Assembly: GCA_031548545.1 (NCBI GenBank)
Contig: JAVBQY010000003.1
Coordinates: 6,899 to 70,898 of the forward strand
Direction of reading: 5' to 3'
Length of the DNA: 64,000 nucleotides
Source of the DNA: Bacteroidales bacterium
GTDB lineage: Bacteria > Bacteroidota > Bacteroidia > Bacteroidales > UBA932
Part shown: positions 56,801 through 64,000 of the stretch, one piece after another
Position numbering within the stretch: the stretch's first letter is position 1
How the letters are laid out: every line of letters starts with the position of its first letter
Program-made: the position numbers and the translations under genes
The notes under the pieces: generated by a model
The model's database searches: none
Told to the model about the DNA's origin: nothing
What the model saw: the letters and a program-made list of their open reading frames with translations, nothing else

Positions 56801-57392
56801 CCATATCTTTGAGGTCTTCGGCATCAATCACTTCGATCTTCTGGATCTCATGTGATGTACGGAAACCGTCAAAAAAGTTCAGGAAAGGAACGCGTGATTT
56901 CAGTGCTGCCAGGTGGGATACAGCCGAAAGGTCCATCACTTCCTGTACACCGCCTGCAGCCAACATGGCAAAACCGGTCTGACGGGCAGCCATTACGTCC
57001 TGATGGTCTCCGAAAATAGACAAAGCCTGTGAAGCCAATGCGCGGGCCGATACATGGAACACGGCGGGTAATAATTCACCGGCAATTTTGTACATATTGG
57101 GGATCATCAACAGCAAACCCTGGGAAGCGGTGAAGGTAGTCGTAAGGGCGCCGGCCTGCAAAGAACCGTGTACGGCACCGGCTGCTCCGCCTTCGCTTTG
57201 CATTTCGAGCACCTTTACGGTTTCACCCCAGAGGTTTTTCTTGCCATAGGCAGCCCATTCGTCCACGTACTCCGCCATGGTCGATGAAGGTGTGATCGGA
57301 TAAATAGCAGCAGCTTCACTGAACATATAAGCAATGTGGGCTGCGGCATAGTTACCGTCACAGGTAATAAATTTCTTTTCTTTCTTACTCAT
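53862..57392 (-). CDS. nifJ: Pyruvate:ferredoxin (flavodoxin) oxidoreductase
   Basis: 1176 aa. Two 4Fe-4S ferredoxin motifs CIQCNQCSYVCP and CSGCGNCADVCP. TPP-binding GGDGWAYDIGYGGLDH. Collinear with single-polypeptide PFOR. Confidence 0.95.
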   Translation of the reverse strand: MSKKEKKFITCDGNYAAAHIAYMFSEAAAIYPITPSSTMAEYVDEWAAYGKKNLWGETVKVLEMQSEGGAAGAVHGSLQAGALTTTFTASQGLLLMIPNMYKIAGELLPAVFHVSARALASQALSIFGDHQDVMAARQTGFAMLAAGGVQEVMDLSAVSHLAALKSRVPFLNFFDGFRTSHEIQKIEVIDAEDLKDMVSDKAMAAFRGRALNPNKPVTRGTAQNPDVYFQGREASNPFYDAVPDIVARYMGEISELTGRSYLPFTYYGAADADRVVIAMGSVCDTIKETVDHLNAKGEKVGVITVHLYRPFSAKYFLRVLPATVKRIAVLDRTKEPGANGEPLYLDVKEVLYGQANAPVVVGGRYGLSSKDTTPAQILSVFENLALNEPKNGFTVGIVDDVTFKSLPQKAEISLAKKGTYECKFYGLGSDGTVGANKNTIKIIGETTPKYCQAYFAYDSKKSGGFTCSHLRFGDNPITSPYLVSTPDFVACHVFSYLGKYDILKGIKPGGTFLLNSMYSVEDTKKHLPDFVKRTLADKKINFYIIDATAIADKIGLGNRTNTILQAAFFKIANVIDYTQAVKEMKKAIDKSYGKKGEDIVKMNYAAVDAGDNAVKVEVPADWASLSGKFEADTHNRLAPEWVKHVADVVNAQNGDDLPVSAFLNYEDGTMPCGSAAFEKRGIAVHVPEWVPANCIQCNQCSYVCPHAAIRPFLLTEEELAAVPGGLETIQGAAACKDYKFRIQVTPLDCSGCGNCADVCPAKTKALVMKPLESQLGEQKHFDYLHTHVGYKDTVMDKKHSVKPSQFAQPLFEFSGACAGCGETPYIKTITQLFGDRMMVANATGCSSIYGGSFPASPYTCNKNGQGPAWANSLFEDNAEFGLGMRMGSERMRDRLAHLMTQGQECSQCTSEEKALFAEWISHRDDAAKTREIADKLIPLVEKCACDICKEIYQLKDYLVVRSQWIFGGDGWAYDIGYGGLDHVLASGENVNVLVMDTEVYSNTGGQSSKSTPAGAVAKFATSGKRIRKKDLGMMAMSYGYVYVAQVAMGANQSQYFNALKEAEAYDGPSLIIAYAPCINHGLRGGMGVSQREEKLAVECGYWHCYRFNPLLEKEGKNPFTLDSKEPDWSKFQDFLKSEVRYSSLTKTFPAEAQELFGLTEEFAKWRYNSYKRLAAQ

Positions 57393-57446
57393 GTTGGTTC
57401 TAAATATATTGTTTTAATTTTTTCTTGTATTTCTCTTAGTCTCTTT

Positions 57447-58559
57447 TTACTTAGCCACCTTATAAAAGGGTGTTTTTACCACTTTGGCCTTCAACAGGCG
57501 CTCACGCACTTTTACAAAAATTTCCGTATCGGCTTTGGAGAAGGCGGTCTGCACATAACCCATACCGATACCCAGCTTCAGGGACGGCGACATGGTGCCC
57601 GAAGTTACCACACCGATTACATTGCCCGAAGCATCGGCCAGCTCATAGCCATGGCGGGGAATACCCTTGTCTACCATTTCAAATCCTACCAGCTTACGGC
57701 TTACACCTTCGGTTTTTTGTCTCAACAGATAATCCTTGTCCATAAAATCACCTTTGGCCTCACTGAATTTGGTAATCCAGCCCAAACCGGCTTCAATGGA
57801 AGAGGTGGTATCATCTATATCATTGCCATAAAGGCAGAAGCCCATTTCGAGGCGCAGGGTATCGCGGGCGCCCAGGCCTATGGGTTTGATACCGAACTCG
57901 GCGCCGGCTTCAAATACGGCTTTCCACAATTTGGCGCCATCTTCATTGGCCACATAAATTTCACATCCGCCGGAACCGGTATAACCGGTCGTAGACAGAA
58001 TAACATTGGGAATACCGGCCACGGTCAATTTCTTGAACGTGTAGTATTCCATATCTTCAACCACCTGGTCGCAGATCTTCTGCATGGCTTTCAGGGCTAA
58101 GGGACCCTGCACGGCCAACTGGCAGATTTCATCGGAGGCGTTATACAACTCTTTACCGGGCGTCAGGCCGAATTGGGGGGCTATGGCGCACATATGGTCC
58201 CAGTCTTTCTGCACATTAGCAGCATTGATTACCAACAAATAAGTTTCAGCATCAATGCAATACACCAACAAGTCATCAACAATACCGCCCTTTCCGTTCG
58301 GATAGCAGGAATATTGGATTTTCCCGGGAGTCAGTACGGCCACATCATTGGAGGTCACATACTGAACAAAGGCTAAGGCCTTCGGTCCCTTCACCCAGAC
58401 TTCACCCATGTGGCTCACATCAAACACCCCCACCTTCTCGCGGACGGTCTGGTGTTCTTCGTTGATCCCCACATACTCAATCGGCATATTATAGCCGGCA
58501 AAGGGGGCCATTTTGGCGCCCAAATCAATATGATACTGTGTAAAAGCTGTTGTTTTCAT
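57447..58559 (-). CDS. gcvT: Glycine cleavage system aminomethyltransferase (T protein)
   Basis: 370 aa. [45 protein letters not shown]. Confidence 0.93.
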   Translation of the reverse strand: MKTTAFTQYHIDLGAKMAPFAGYNMPIEYVGINEEHQTVREKVGVFDVSHMGEVWVKGPKALAFVQYVTSNDVAVLTPGKIQYSCYPNGKGGIVDDLLVYCIDAETYLLVINAANVQKDWDHMCAIAPQFGLTPGKELYNASDEICQLAVQGPLALKAMQKICDQVVEDMEYYTFKKLTVAGIPNVILSTTGYTGSGGCEIYVANEDGAKLWKAVFEAGAEFGIKPIGLGARDTLRLEMGFCLYGNDIDDTTSSIEAGLGWITKFSEAKGDFMDKDYLLRQKTEGVSRKLVGFEMVDKGIPRHGYELADASGNVIGVVTSGTMSPSLKLGIGMGYVQTAFSKADTEIFVKVRERLLKAKVVKTPFYKVAK

Positions 58560-58613
58560 TATTTTTTTCGGTTAAAAGTCAGCAAATATACATTTTTTTT
58601 TCATCTTTGCCAA

Positions 58614-59009
58614 ATGGAAACAGTACGCATAGACAAATACTTATGGGCGGTACGCCTGTTCAAAACGCGCAGCGAGGCCGCCGACGCCTGCAAAAACAAC
58701 AGAGTGAAAGTGAATGGCATAGAAGCCAAACCCTCCCGGGACCTCAAGGCAGGCGACCTTATTACCATCCGGAAAATGCCGGTGATTTACAGTTATAAAA
58801 TATTGGCGCTCATCGAAAACCGGCAACCGGCTAAAAATGTACCGCTGTACATTGAAAACATCACTCCGGAGGAAGAATTAGCTAAATTAGAGAAACGCAA
58901 CATCGGCGTATTCGTTCAACGCGATCCAGGCACCGGCCGTCCCACAAAAAAGGACAGGCGGGACATCGACCGGCTGTTCGAAGATATGGAGGATGAGCTG
59001 GACGATTAG
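58614..59009 (+). CDS. RNA-binding S4 domain protein (Hsp15/HslR-like)
   Basis: ATG at 58614 gives METVRIDKYLWAVRLFKTRSEAADACKNNRVKVNG, the S4 alpha-L motif. Basic/acidic C-terminal tail. The listed 58410 extension overlaps the gcvT start region. Confidence 0.85.
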   Translation: METVRIDKYLWAVRLFKTRSEAADACKNNRVKVNGIEAKPSRDLKAGDLITIRKMPVIYSYKILALIENRQPAKNVPLYIENITPEEELAKLEKRNIGVFVQRDPGTGRPTKKDRRDIDRLFEDMEDELDD

Positions 59010-59986
59010 AAGTTATACGTCAACCCTATATTGAAAGACTCATTGATCTGCAGGCGGGGGCCGCGCGTTTCTTCCACGCCGGCCTCATTGGTCACCTTAT
59101 AGCGCGACTTGTCTTTATAGACCAGGCGGCAATAAATCTGGGCGGCCAGGTAATTCGTAATCTTGAAATCCAGCTTGTTTTCCCAGTCCACATCTATATT
59201 CTGCGGGCTGTCCATATAATTGGAGAACAACTCCAGCTTGCTATAATAAGCAATGTAATTTTTCACAATGGGGGCCTTGAAGATCGCGCTCGCATAAAAG
59301 CCGATGGTAGCCGCACATTTATCACCCGGCTTCACGTCGGTATACAGGTTCATCTTGGAGATCGTCGTATCCAGCACAAAGGTGAAACGACCGGAAAGCG
59401 GAGCCACGGTAACATCCCACATATCATTATGCTTATAACTCATACCAAGCGAAGTAGTCAGGTAGGCCGGAGAGAACAGGCGCGAGATAATGCTTTGATC
59501 GGTCGGCGATTTATAACCCGGAGCAAACTGGCTTTTCAGGTCGACCAGGGCGGTATAATAAAACTCAGACTTTTCGGCCGTACGCACCCCGAAAGAATTG
59601 GTAAACTGGAAACGGTCCTCTTTCTTTTGCAGGTGATTGTCCGGATCCCAGGTCATGGCGTAAGCGCCATCAAATACCGATTGGAAAAACAACAAGTGGT
59701 GTTTGTAGGTATATGAGAGATTGGACGCAGCCCGCAGGGTAACATTGGACACCCCGCCCCCGTCCCAGGCTTCATTATACGACACCTGTGCAAAAGACAA
59801 CATATTTTTACCATGGAAAAAATGGCGCTGGGGCGGCGGAGCCGGTATCCCTTCGGCCGCACCGTTAATTACCGCGGAAGTATCCGGCGCATCGGCGAAA
59901 CTCACTTTGGCAAGGCCGGCAGAAAGCTGGGCCGAAGCCATATTCACACTGATCAATAAAAACAATAATACAACAACTTTTTTCAT
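59006..59986 (-). CDS. Putative outer-membrane protein (possibly DUF3078 family; family call is from memory only)
   Basis: 326 aa. Signal peptide MKKVVVLLFLLISVNMASAQ, beta-strand-rich sequence, terminal ...FNIGLTYNF aromatic residue typical of OMPs. Confidence 0.65.
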   Translation of the reverse strand: MKKVVVLLFLLISVNMASAQLSAGLAKVSFADAPDTSAVINGAAEGIPAPPPQRHFFHGKNMLSFAQVSYNEAWDGGGVSNVTLRAASNLSYTYKHHLLFFQSVFDGAYAMTWDPDNHLQKKEDRFQFTNSFGVRTAEKSEFYYTALVDLKSQFAPGYKSPTDQSIISRLFSPAYLTTSLGMSYKHNDMWDVTVAPLSGRFTFVLDTTISKMNLYTDVKPGDKCAATIGFYASAIFKAPIVKNYIAYYSKLELFSNYMDSPQNIDVDWENKLDFKITNYLAAQIYCRLVYKDKSRYKVTNEAGVEETRGPRLQINESFNIGLTYNF

Positions 59987-59991
59987 TCTGT

Positions 59992-60969
59992 CTATATATA
60001 AATTTCTAATAATTTTGCACTTGTTTTTGGCTCCAACCGGATATCGGCAAGGGCGGCCGGCACCAGCAGGCTTTCTCCGGCGGCAAGGGATTCTTTTTCA
60101 CCCGCGGCGTCAACCAGCACTTCGCCTTCCAGGCACATGTAAATAACAAAGCTATCCTGCTCCGACAAATCGCGCGCCACCAACTTGTCTATACACAAAT
60201 TATTGACTGTAAAATACGGACAGGAGGCCAATTGCACCGGTTCATTTCCCTGTGGCGTATAACGGGTCTTATAATTACTGCGCACCGTGTAATCAAGCGT
60301 ATCAATCGCCAGATCGACATGCATATCACGGGCCGTAGCCGGATTATGTTCCCGTCCCCAGTCATACACCCGGTAGGTGATATCGGACGTTTGCTGCACC
60401 TCTGCCAGCAACACCCCTTTACCAATGGCGTGAATACGCCCTGCCGGGATAAAAAAGACATCGCCGGGGGCTGCCGGTTCGAAATTCAAAATATCTGTAA
60501 GGCTGTTATCCTGCAACCTCCGGTAAAAATCACGCGGATTGGTCTCCTGCTTAAAACCCGAATAAATACCCGCACCGGGAGCGGCGGAAAGCACGTACCA
60601 CATTTCCGTTTTCCCATAAGCAGCATGACGCTCGGCCGCCGTAGCATCATCGGGATGCACCTGCACGGACAAAGTTTCCGTCGCATCAATCAACTTAATA
60701 AGCAAAGGAAACTCCATACCGAAGCGCTCATAGACCTTATCGCCTACAAGCTCTCCCATATACACTTCTATCAGTTCCTCTATGTTATTACCTTTTAAAT
60801 AACCGTTCAGCACCTTTGACTGGTTTTTCTGCACGGCGGAAATTTCCCAGCTCTCGCCCACCTTAAGCGCAGGATCGAAAGGCTTGTGCATCTGTTGGGC
60901 CAATTGATGGCCGCCCCAAACGGTTTCTTTAGCTATTGCTTTGAATTTTAAAGGATAAAGATTTGCCAC
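59992..60969 (-). CDS. manA: Class I mannose-6-phosphate isomerase
   Basis: LYPLKFK...VWGG, LSVQVHPDD, KTEMWYVL, FIPAGRIHAIG. There is no in-frame ATG before the conserved N-terminus. The likely start is GTG at 60969 (VANLYPLKF); the listed start at 61017 is also GTG but overlaps the udk -7 box. Confidence 0.88.
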   Translation of the reverse strand: MANLYPLKFKAIAKETVWGGHQLAQQMHKPFDPALKVGESWEISAVQKNQSKVLNGYLKGNNIEELIEVYMGELVGDKVYERFGMEFPLLIKLIDATETLSVQVHPDDATAAERHAAYGKTEMWYVLSAAPGAGIYSGFKQETNPRDFYRRLQDNSLTDILNFEPAAPGDVFFIPAGRIHAIGKGVLLAEVQQTSDITYRVYDWGREHNPATARDMHVDLAIDTLDYTVRSNYKTRYTPQGNEPVQLASCPYFTVNNLCIDKLVARDLSEQDSFVIYMCLEGEVLVDAAGEKESLAAGESLLVPAALADIRLEPKTSAKLLEIYI

Positions 60970-61004
60970 GATAAAATTTTTCCACAAAATTACATATTTT
61001 TTTA

Positions 61005-61012
61005 TACTTTTG
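61005..61012 (+). promoter_or_regulatory. -7 promoter box TACTTTTG upstream of udk
   Basis: TAnnTTTG match 33 nt before the udk ATG at 61045. Confidence 0.4.
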
Positions 61013-61044
61013 CACACTAAATTGTAAATGAATCCTCCTGACTT

Positions 61045-61671
61045 ATGTTAATTATCGGCATCGCCGGCGGCACAGGTTCCGGCAAAACAACCGTTGTGCG
61101 CAAGATCACTGAACTGTTGCCCAAAGGGCAGGTGGCCATATTGCCGCAAGACTCGTATTACAAGGACAACAGCCATCTTCCGCTGGAAGAAAGGCTGGGG
61201 CTCAACTTTGACCACCCCGAATCCATAGACTTCGACCTGCTGGTCAAAGACCTGAAAACACTCAAAGCCGGTAAAGGCATCCGGCAACCTATTTATTCTT
61301 ACCTGACCTGTACACGGGCGGAAGAGACCTTTCCGGTAGCTCCGCACCCGGTGGTCATCGTGGAAGGCATCCTGATCTTTACCAGCAAGGAATTACGCAA
61401 GCTGATGGACATCAAAATATTCGTAGACGCCGACGCCGACGACCGGTTGGGCCGCGTGATCTGCCGTGATATTGTGGAACGCGGACGCGATGTACAAGCC
61501 GTGCTTGACCGCTACCAAAAAGTAGTAAAGCCCATGCACCTGCAATTCATTGAGCCGAGTAAGCGTTACGCCGACCTCATCATTCCGCAGGGCGGGCATA
61601 ATAAGGTGGGGATTGACATGCTGCATGCCATCATTGAAAGAGCGATGAACAGGAATGAAGTGACTAAGTAA
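61045..61671 (+). CDS. udk: Uridine kinase
   Basis: 208 aa. P-loop GIAGGTGSGKTT, QDSYY, NFDHP, EGIL motifs. Confidence 0.93.
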   Translation: MLIIGIAGGTGSGKTTVVRKITELLPKGQVAILPQDSYYKDNSHLPLEERLGLNFDHPESIDFDLLVKDLKTLKAGKGIRQPIYSYLTCTRAEETFPVAPHPVVIVEGILIFTSKELRKLMDIKIFVDADADDRLGRVICRDIVERGRDVQAVLDRYQKVVKPMHLQFIEPSKRYADLIIPQGGHNKVGIDMLHAIIERAMNRNEVTK

Positions 61672-61761
61672 GAGACCAGGCAAACAAGAGGTCAAGCTAC
61701 TAAGAAACAATATATTAAATAATTTTTCTTGTTTCAGTTTTCAATTCTCCATTATTATTTG

Positions 61762-61769
61762 TATCTTTG
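61762..61769 (+). promoter_or_regulatory. -7 promoter box TATCTTTG upstream of tRNA-Leu
   Basis: TAnnTTTG match 23 nt upstream of the tRNA 5' end. Confidence 0.45.
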
Positions 61770-61791
61770 CACCCCTTATTGCAGTTTTATT

Positions 61792-61873
61792 GCGGGCATG
61801 GCGTAATTGGTAGCCGCGCCAGACTTAGGATCTGGTGCCGTAAGGCGTGGGGGTTCGAGTCCCTTTGCCCGCA
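61792..61873 (+). tRNA. tRNA-Leu (anticodon UAG), type II with long variable arm
   Basis: Hand fold: acceptor GCGGGCA / TGCCCGC plus discriminator A; anticodon stem CCAGA / TCTGG with loop CTTAGGA; variable arm TGCCGTAAGGCGT; T-loop TTCGAGT. CCA is not encoded. Confidence 0.9.
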
Positions 61874-61897
61874 CAAACAAAAAAATAAATTATCAGC

Positions 61898-63232
61898 ATG
61901 AAATTAGCTCAACAGAACACCGGCGATTTGACGGCAACTATTGCCTTGACCATTGAAAAAACCGATTATGAACCCCGTGTTAAAAAAGCCTTGAACGAAC
62001 ACCGCCGCAAGGCCGAGATCAAAGGTTTCCGCCAGGGAATGGCTCCCATGAGCCTGATCGAAAAGCTCTATGGCAAATCGACCCTGCTTGATGAAGTGCA
62101 AAAACTGATGTCCGAAGGCATCAACAAACATATCGATGAAAACAAGCTTCAACTGCTTGGCGAGCCCCTGCCCAACGAAGACGAATCCGAAAAAAACGAC
62201 TGGGAAAAGGGTGGCGACTTAGCATTCAAATTCGACATCGCCCTGGCTCCTGCAATTGATATCAAATTCACGGAAAAAGACAAGGTTCCTTTTTATAAGA
62301 TTAAAGTAAGCGATGAGGAACTGAACAAATACAAAGACCAGATCACCCGCCAATACGGCAAGCTGGAAGATGTTGAAGCCGCCGGCGAAGAAGATTTCCT
62401 GAAGGCGACCCTTACCCAGGGTGACAAGCTGATTGAAGACACCTACATGTCCTTGAAAAATATCGAAGACAAGAAACTGAAAAAACCTTTCCTCGGTAAA
62501 AAAGTAGGGGATGAATTTGAAGTAGACGTAAAGAAAACCTTCACCAACGAAACCGACCTGGCTGCCATGCTGAAAGTGAAAAAAGAAGAGTTAGGGCAGT
62601 TCGAACCGGTATTCAATGTAAAGCTGACGGAAGTGAAATGCTTCGTTCCGGCCGAAATGAACCAGGATCTTTTTGACCGTATTTTCGGCAAAGACGAGGT
62701 GAAGAGCATGGACGAGTTCAATAAAAAGGCCGAAGAACGCATTGCCGGCGAATATGCACAGGAAAGCGATTACCGTTTCGCCATGGACGCCCGCACCAAG
62801 GCCCTTGAAAAAGCGCAGCTGCAATTACCGGAAGGCTTCCTGAAACGCTGGTTACTCTATGCCAATGAAGGCAAGATTACCCAGGAACAGATAGACAAAG
62901 ATTTCGACGCCTTTGCCGATGACCTGCGCTGGCAAATGATCCGCGGTTATATTACCCGCGAACAGGAGCTGAAAGTAGAACATGAAGACCTGTTGGACCA
63001 CGCCCGCAAGATGGCCCGCTACCAGTTTGCCATGTACGGGCTGAACAACGCCCCTGCAGAACATATCGACCACTATGCCAACAGCATTTTAGCCAACGAG
63101 CAGGAAATTAAACGCATCTACGAAAAAGTGGAAGAAGACAAGGTGGTAAACTACATCAAGAGCGTAGTGAAATTGGATGAAAAGGACATCACCATGGAAA
63201 AACTGCAGCAACTTTACGAGGAGAAAAAATAA
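61898..63232 (+). CDS. tig: Trigger factor
   Basis: 444 aa. Lys/Glu-rich. N-terminal ribosome-binding region with GFRQGMAP (GFRxGxxP signature). Lies upstream of clpP-clpX as in many bacteria. Confidence 0.92.
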   Translation: MKLAQQNTGDLTATIALTIEKTDYEPRVKKALNEHRRKAEIKGFRQGMAPMSLIEKLYGKSTLLDEVQKLMSEGINKHIDENKLQLLGEPLPNEDESEKNDWEKGGDLAFKFDIALAPAIDIKFTEKDKVPFYKIKVSDEELNKYKDQITRQYGKLEDVEAAGEEDFLKATLTQGDKLIEDTYMSLKNIEDKKLKKPFLGKKVGDEFEVDVKKTFTNETDLAAMLKVKKEELGQFEPVFNVKLTEVKCFVPAEMNQDLFDRIFGKDEVKSMDEFNKKAEERIAGEYAQESDYRFAMDARTKALEKAQLQLPEGFLKRWLLYANEGKITQEQIDKDFDAFADDLRWQMIRGYITREQELKVEHEDLLDHARKMARYQFAMYGLNNAPAEHIDHYANSILANEQEIKRIYEKVEEDKVVNYIKSVVKLDEKDITMEKLQQLYEEKK

Positions 63233-63906
63233 TGCAAAACGAATTTAAGAAATACGCCGTAAAGCATGCAGGCATCAGCAGCCTGAGCCTGCACCGCTAT
63301 AACTCAATGTATGCCGGATATATCAATCCTACCATCATTGAAGAACGCCAGTTAAACGTGGCTTCTATGGACGTATTTTCCCGCCTGATGATGGACCGCA
63401 TTATCTTCCTGGGTGTTCCCATTAACGATGATGTCGCCAATATCATCCAGGCGCAATTGCTCTTCCTGGAATCTACCGACTCAACCAAAGACATACAGCT
63501 CTACCTGAATACCCCCGGCGGCTCCGTGTCGGCCGGACTGGGCATTTATGATACCATGCAACTGGTCTCCTCCAAGGTTGCGACCATCTGTACCGGCATG
63601 GCCGCCTCCATGGGCGCCATCCTGCTCACAGCCGGCAGCACCGGCCGCCGCTCGGCCCTCCCCCACTCGCGGGTGATGATTCACCAACCGATGGGTGGCG
63701 CCGAAGGACAGGCCTCCGATATTGAAATCACGGCACGTGAAATCATGAAGCTCAAACGGGAGTTGTATGAAATCATTGCCCATCATTCCGGAAAGCCCTA
63801 CGAGCAAATAGAAAAAGATGCTGATCGTGACCATTGGATGACCTCGCAAGAGGCCCTGGCATATGGTATGATTGATGAAATCCTGGTAAAAATGAAAAGC
63901 GTATAA
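63232..63906 (+). CDS. clpP: ATP-dependent Clp protease proteolytic subunit
   Basis: 224 aa. RIIFLG, catalytic GMAASMGA (Ser), MIHQP (His), DRD. Its start overlaps the tig stop (TAATG). Confidence 0.95.
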   Translation: MQNEFKKYAVKHAGISSLSLHRYNSMYAGYINPTIIEERQLNVASMDVFSRLMMDRIIFLGVPINDDVANIIQAQLLFLESTDSTKDIQLYLNTPGGSVSAGLGIYDTMQLVSSKVATICTGMAASMGAILLTAGSTGRRSALPHSRVMIHQPMGGAEGQASDIEITAREIMKLKRELYEIIAHHSGKPYEQIEKDADRDHWMTSQEALAYGMIDEILVKMKSV

Positions 63907-63915
63907 ACGCAACTA

Positions 63916-64000
63916 ATGGCAAAGAAAGAATCCAACACTACGCATTCCTGCAGTTTCTGCGGCCGGCCGGCCCATGAGGTGCCTTTATTGATTGACGGGC
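63916..64000 (+). CDS. clpX: ClpX ATPase, N-terminal fragment (continues past the window end)
   Basis: MAKKESNTTHSCSFCGRPAHEVPLLIDG carries the N-terminal zinc-binding domain CSFCG motif. Sits directly after clpP. Confidence 0.85.
   Translation, partial: MAKKESNTTHSCSFCGRPAHEVPLLIDG

Noticed and set aside
58560-58613. Possible glycine riboswitch upstream of gcvT.
   Set aside because: Only 54 nt separate the gcvT ATG from the divergent hslR-like ATG. That is far too short for a glycine aptamer, and no conserved aptamer-like helices are visible.
61672-61897. tRNA-Leu as an integration hotspot for a genomic island.
   Set aside because: There is no integrase and no partial tRNA 3' duplicate downstream. 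The flanking genes (udk, tig-clpP-clpX) are housekeeping genes with normal composition.

Overview
This is a chromosomal window from a Bacteroidota genome, probably Bacteroidales-like. The evidence is a SusC/SusD pair, type-A T9SS C-terminal sorting domains, recurrent TAnnTTTG -7 promoter boxes and no Shine-Dalgarno-like leaders. About 45 genes are packed tightly. Nothing was searched against databases, so all product calls rest on motifs I recognise by eye in the supplied translations.

Layout:
- 0-15 kb: housekeeping genes (recR, lptB, kdsD, recQ, rlmI, a CDF transporter, rpsA, an S41 protease, a DAACS symporter, rsmE, a GNAT, a SemiSWEET).
- 15.4-32 kb: a divergently organised beta-glucan polysaccharide utilisation locus. 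It holds a Nudix-fold regulator, SusC/SusD/PKD lipoprotein, GH30, GH16, two GH3, GH5-CBM6 and an MFS sugar transporter.
- 32-36 kb: pepT, comEC, msrC.
- 36-50 kb: a 14-kb four-gene minus-strand operon. Two giant T9SS cargo proteins (2101 and 1993 aa) are each followed by a paralogous small outer-membrane beta-barrel protein.
- 50-52 kb: a divergent membrane-spanning TPR-LuxR regulator.
- 52-53.9 kb: an AT-rich single-gene GmrSD-like (DUF262/DUF1524) cassette, bracketed by a 69-bp direct repeat that duplicates the nifJ 3' end and terminator.
- 53.9-64 kb: nifJ, gcvT, an hslR-like gene, manA, udk, tRNA-Leu(UAG), tig-clpP-clpX.

I saw no rRNA, CRISPR array, transposase or integrase.

The most interesting items are (i) the repeat-bracketed defence cassette and (ii) the duplicated 'giant T9SS cargo + cognate beta-barrel' module with its adjacent one-component regulator.
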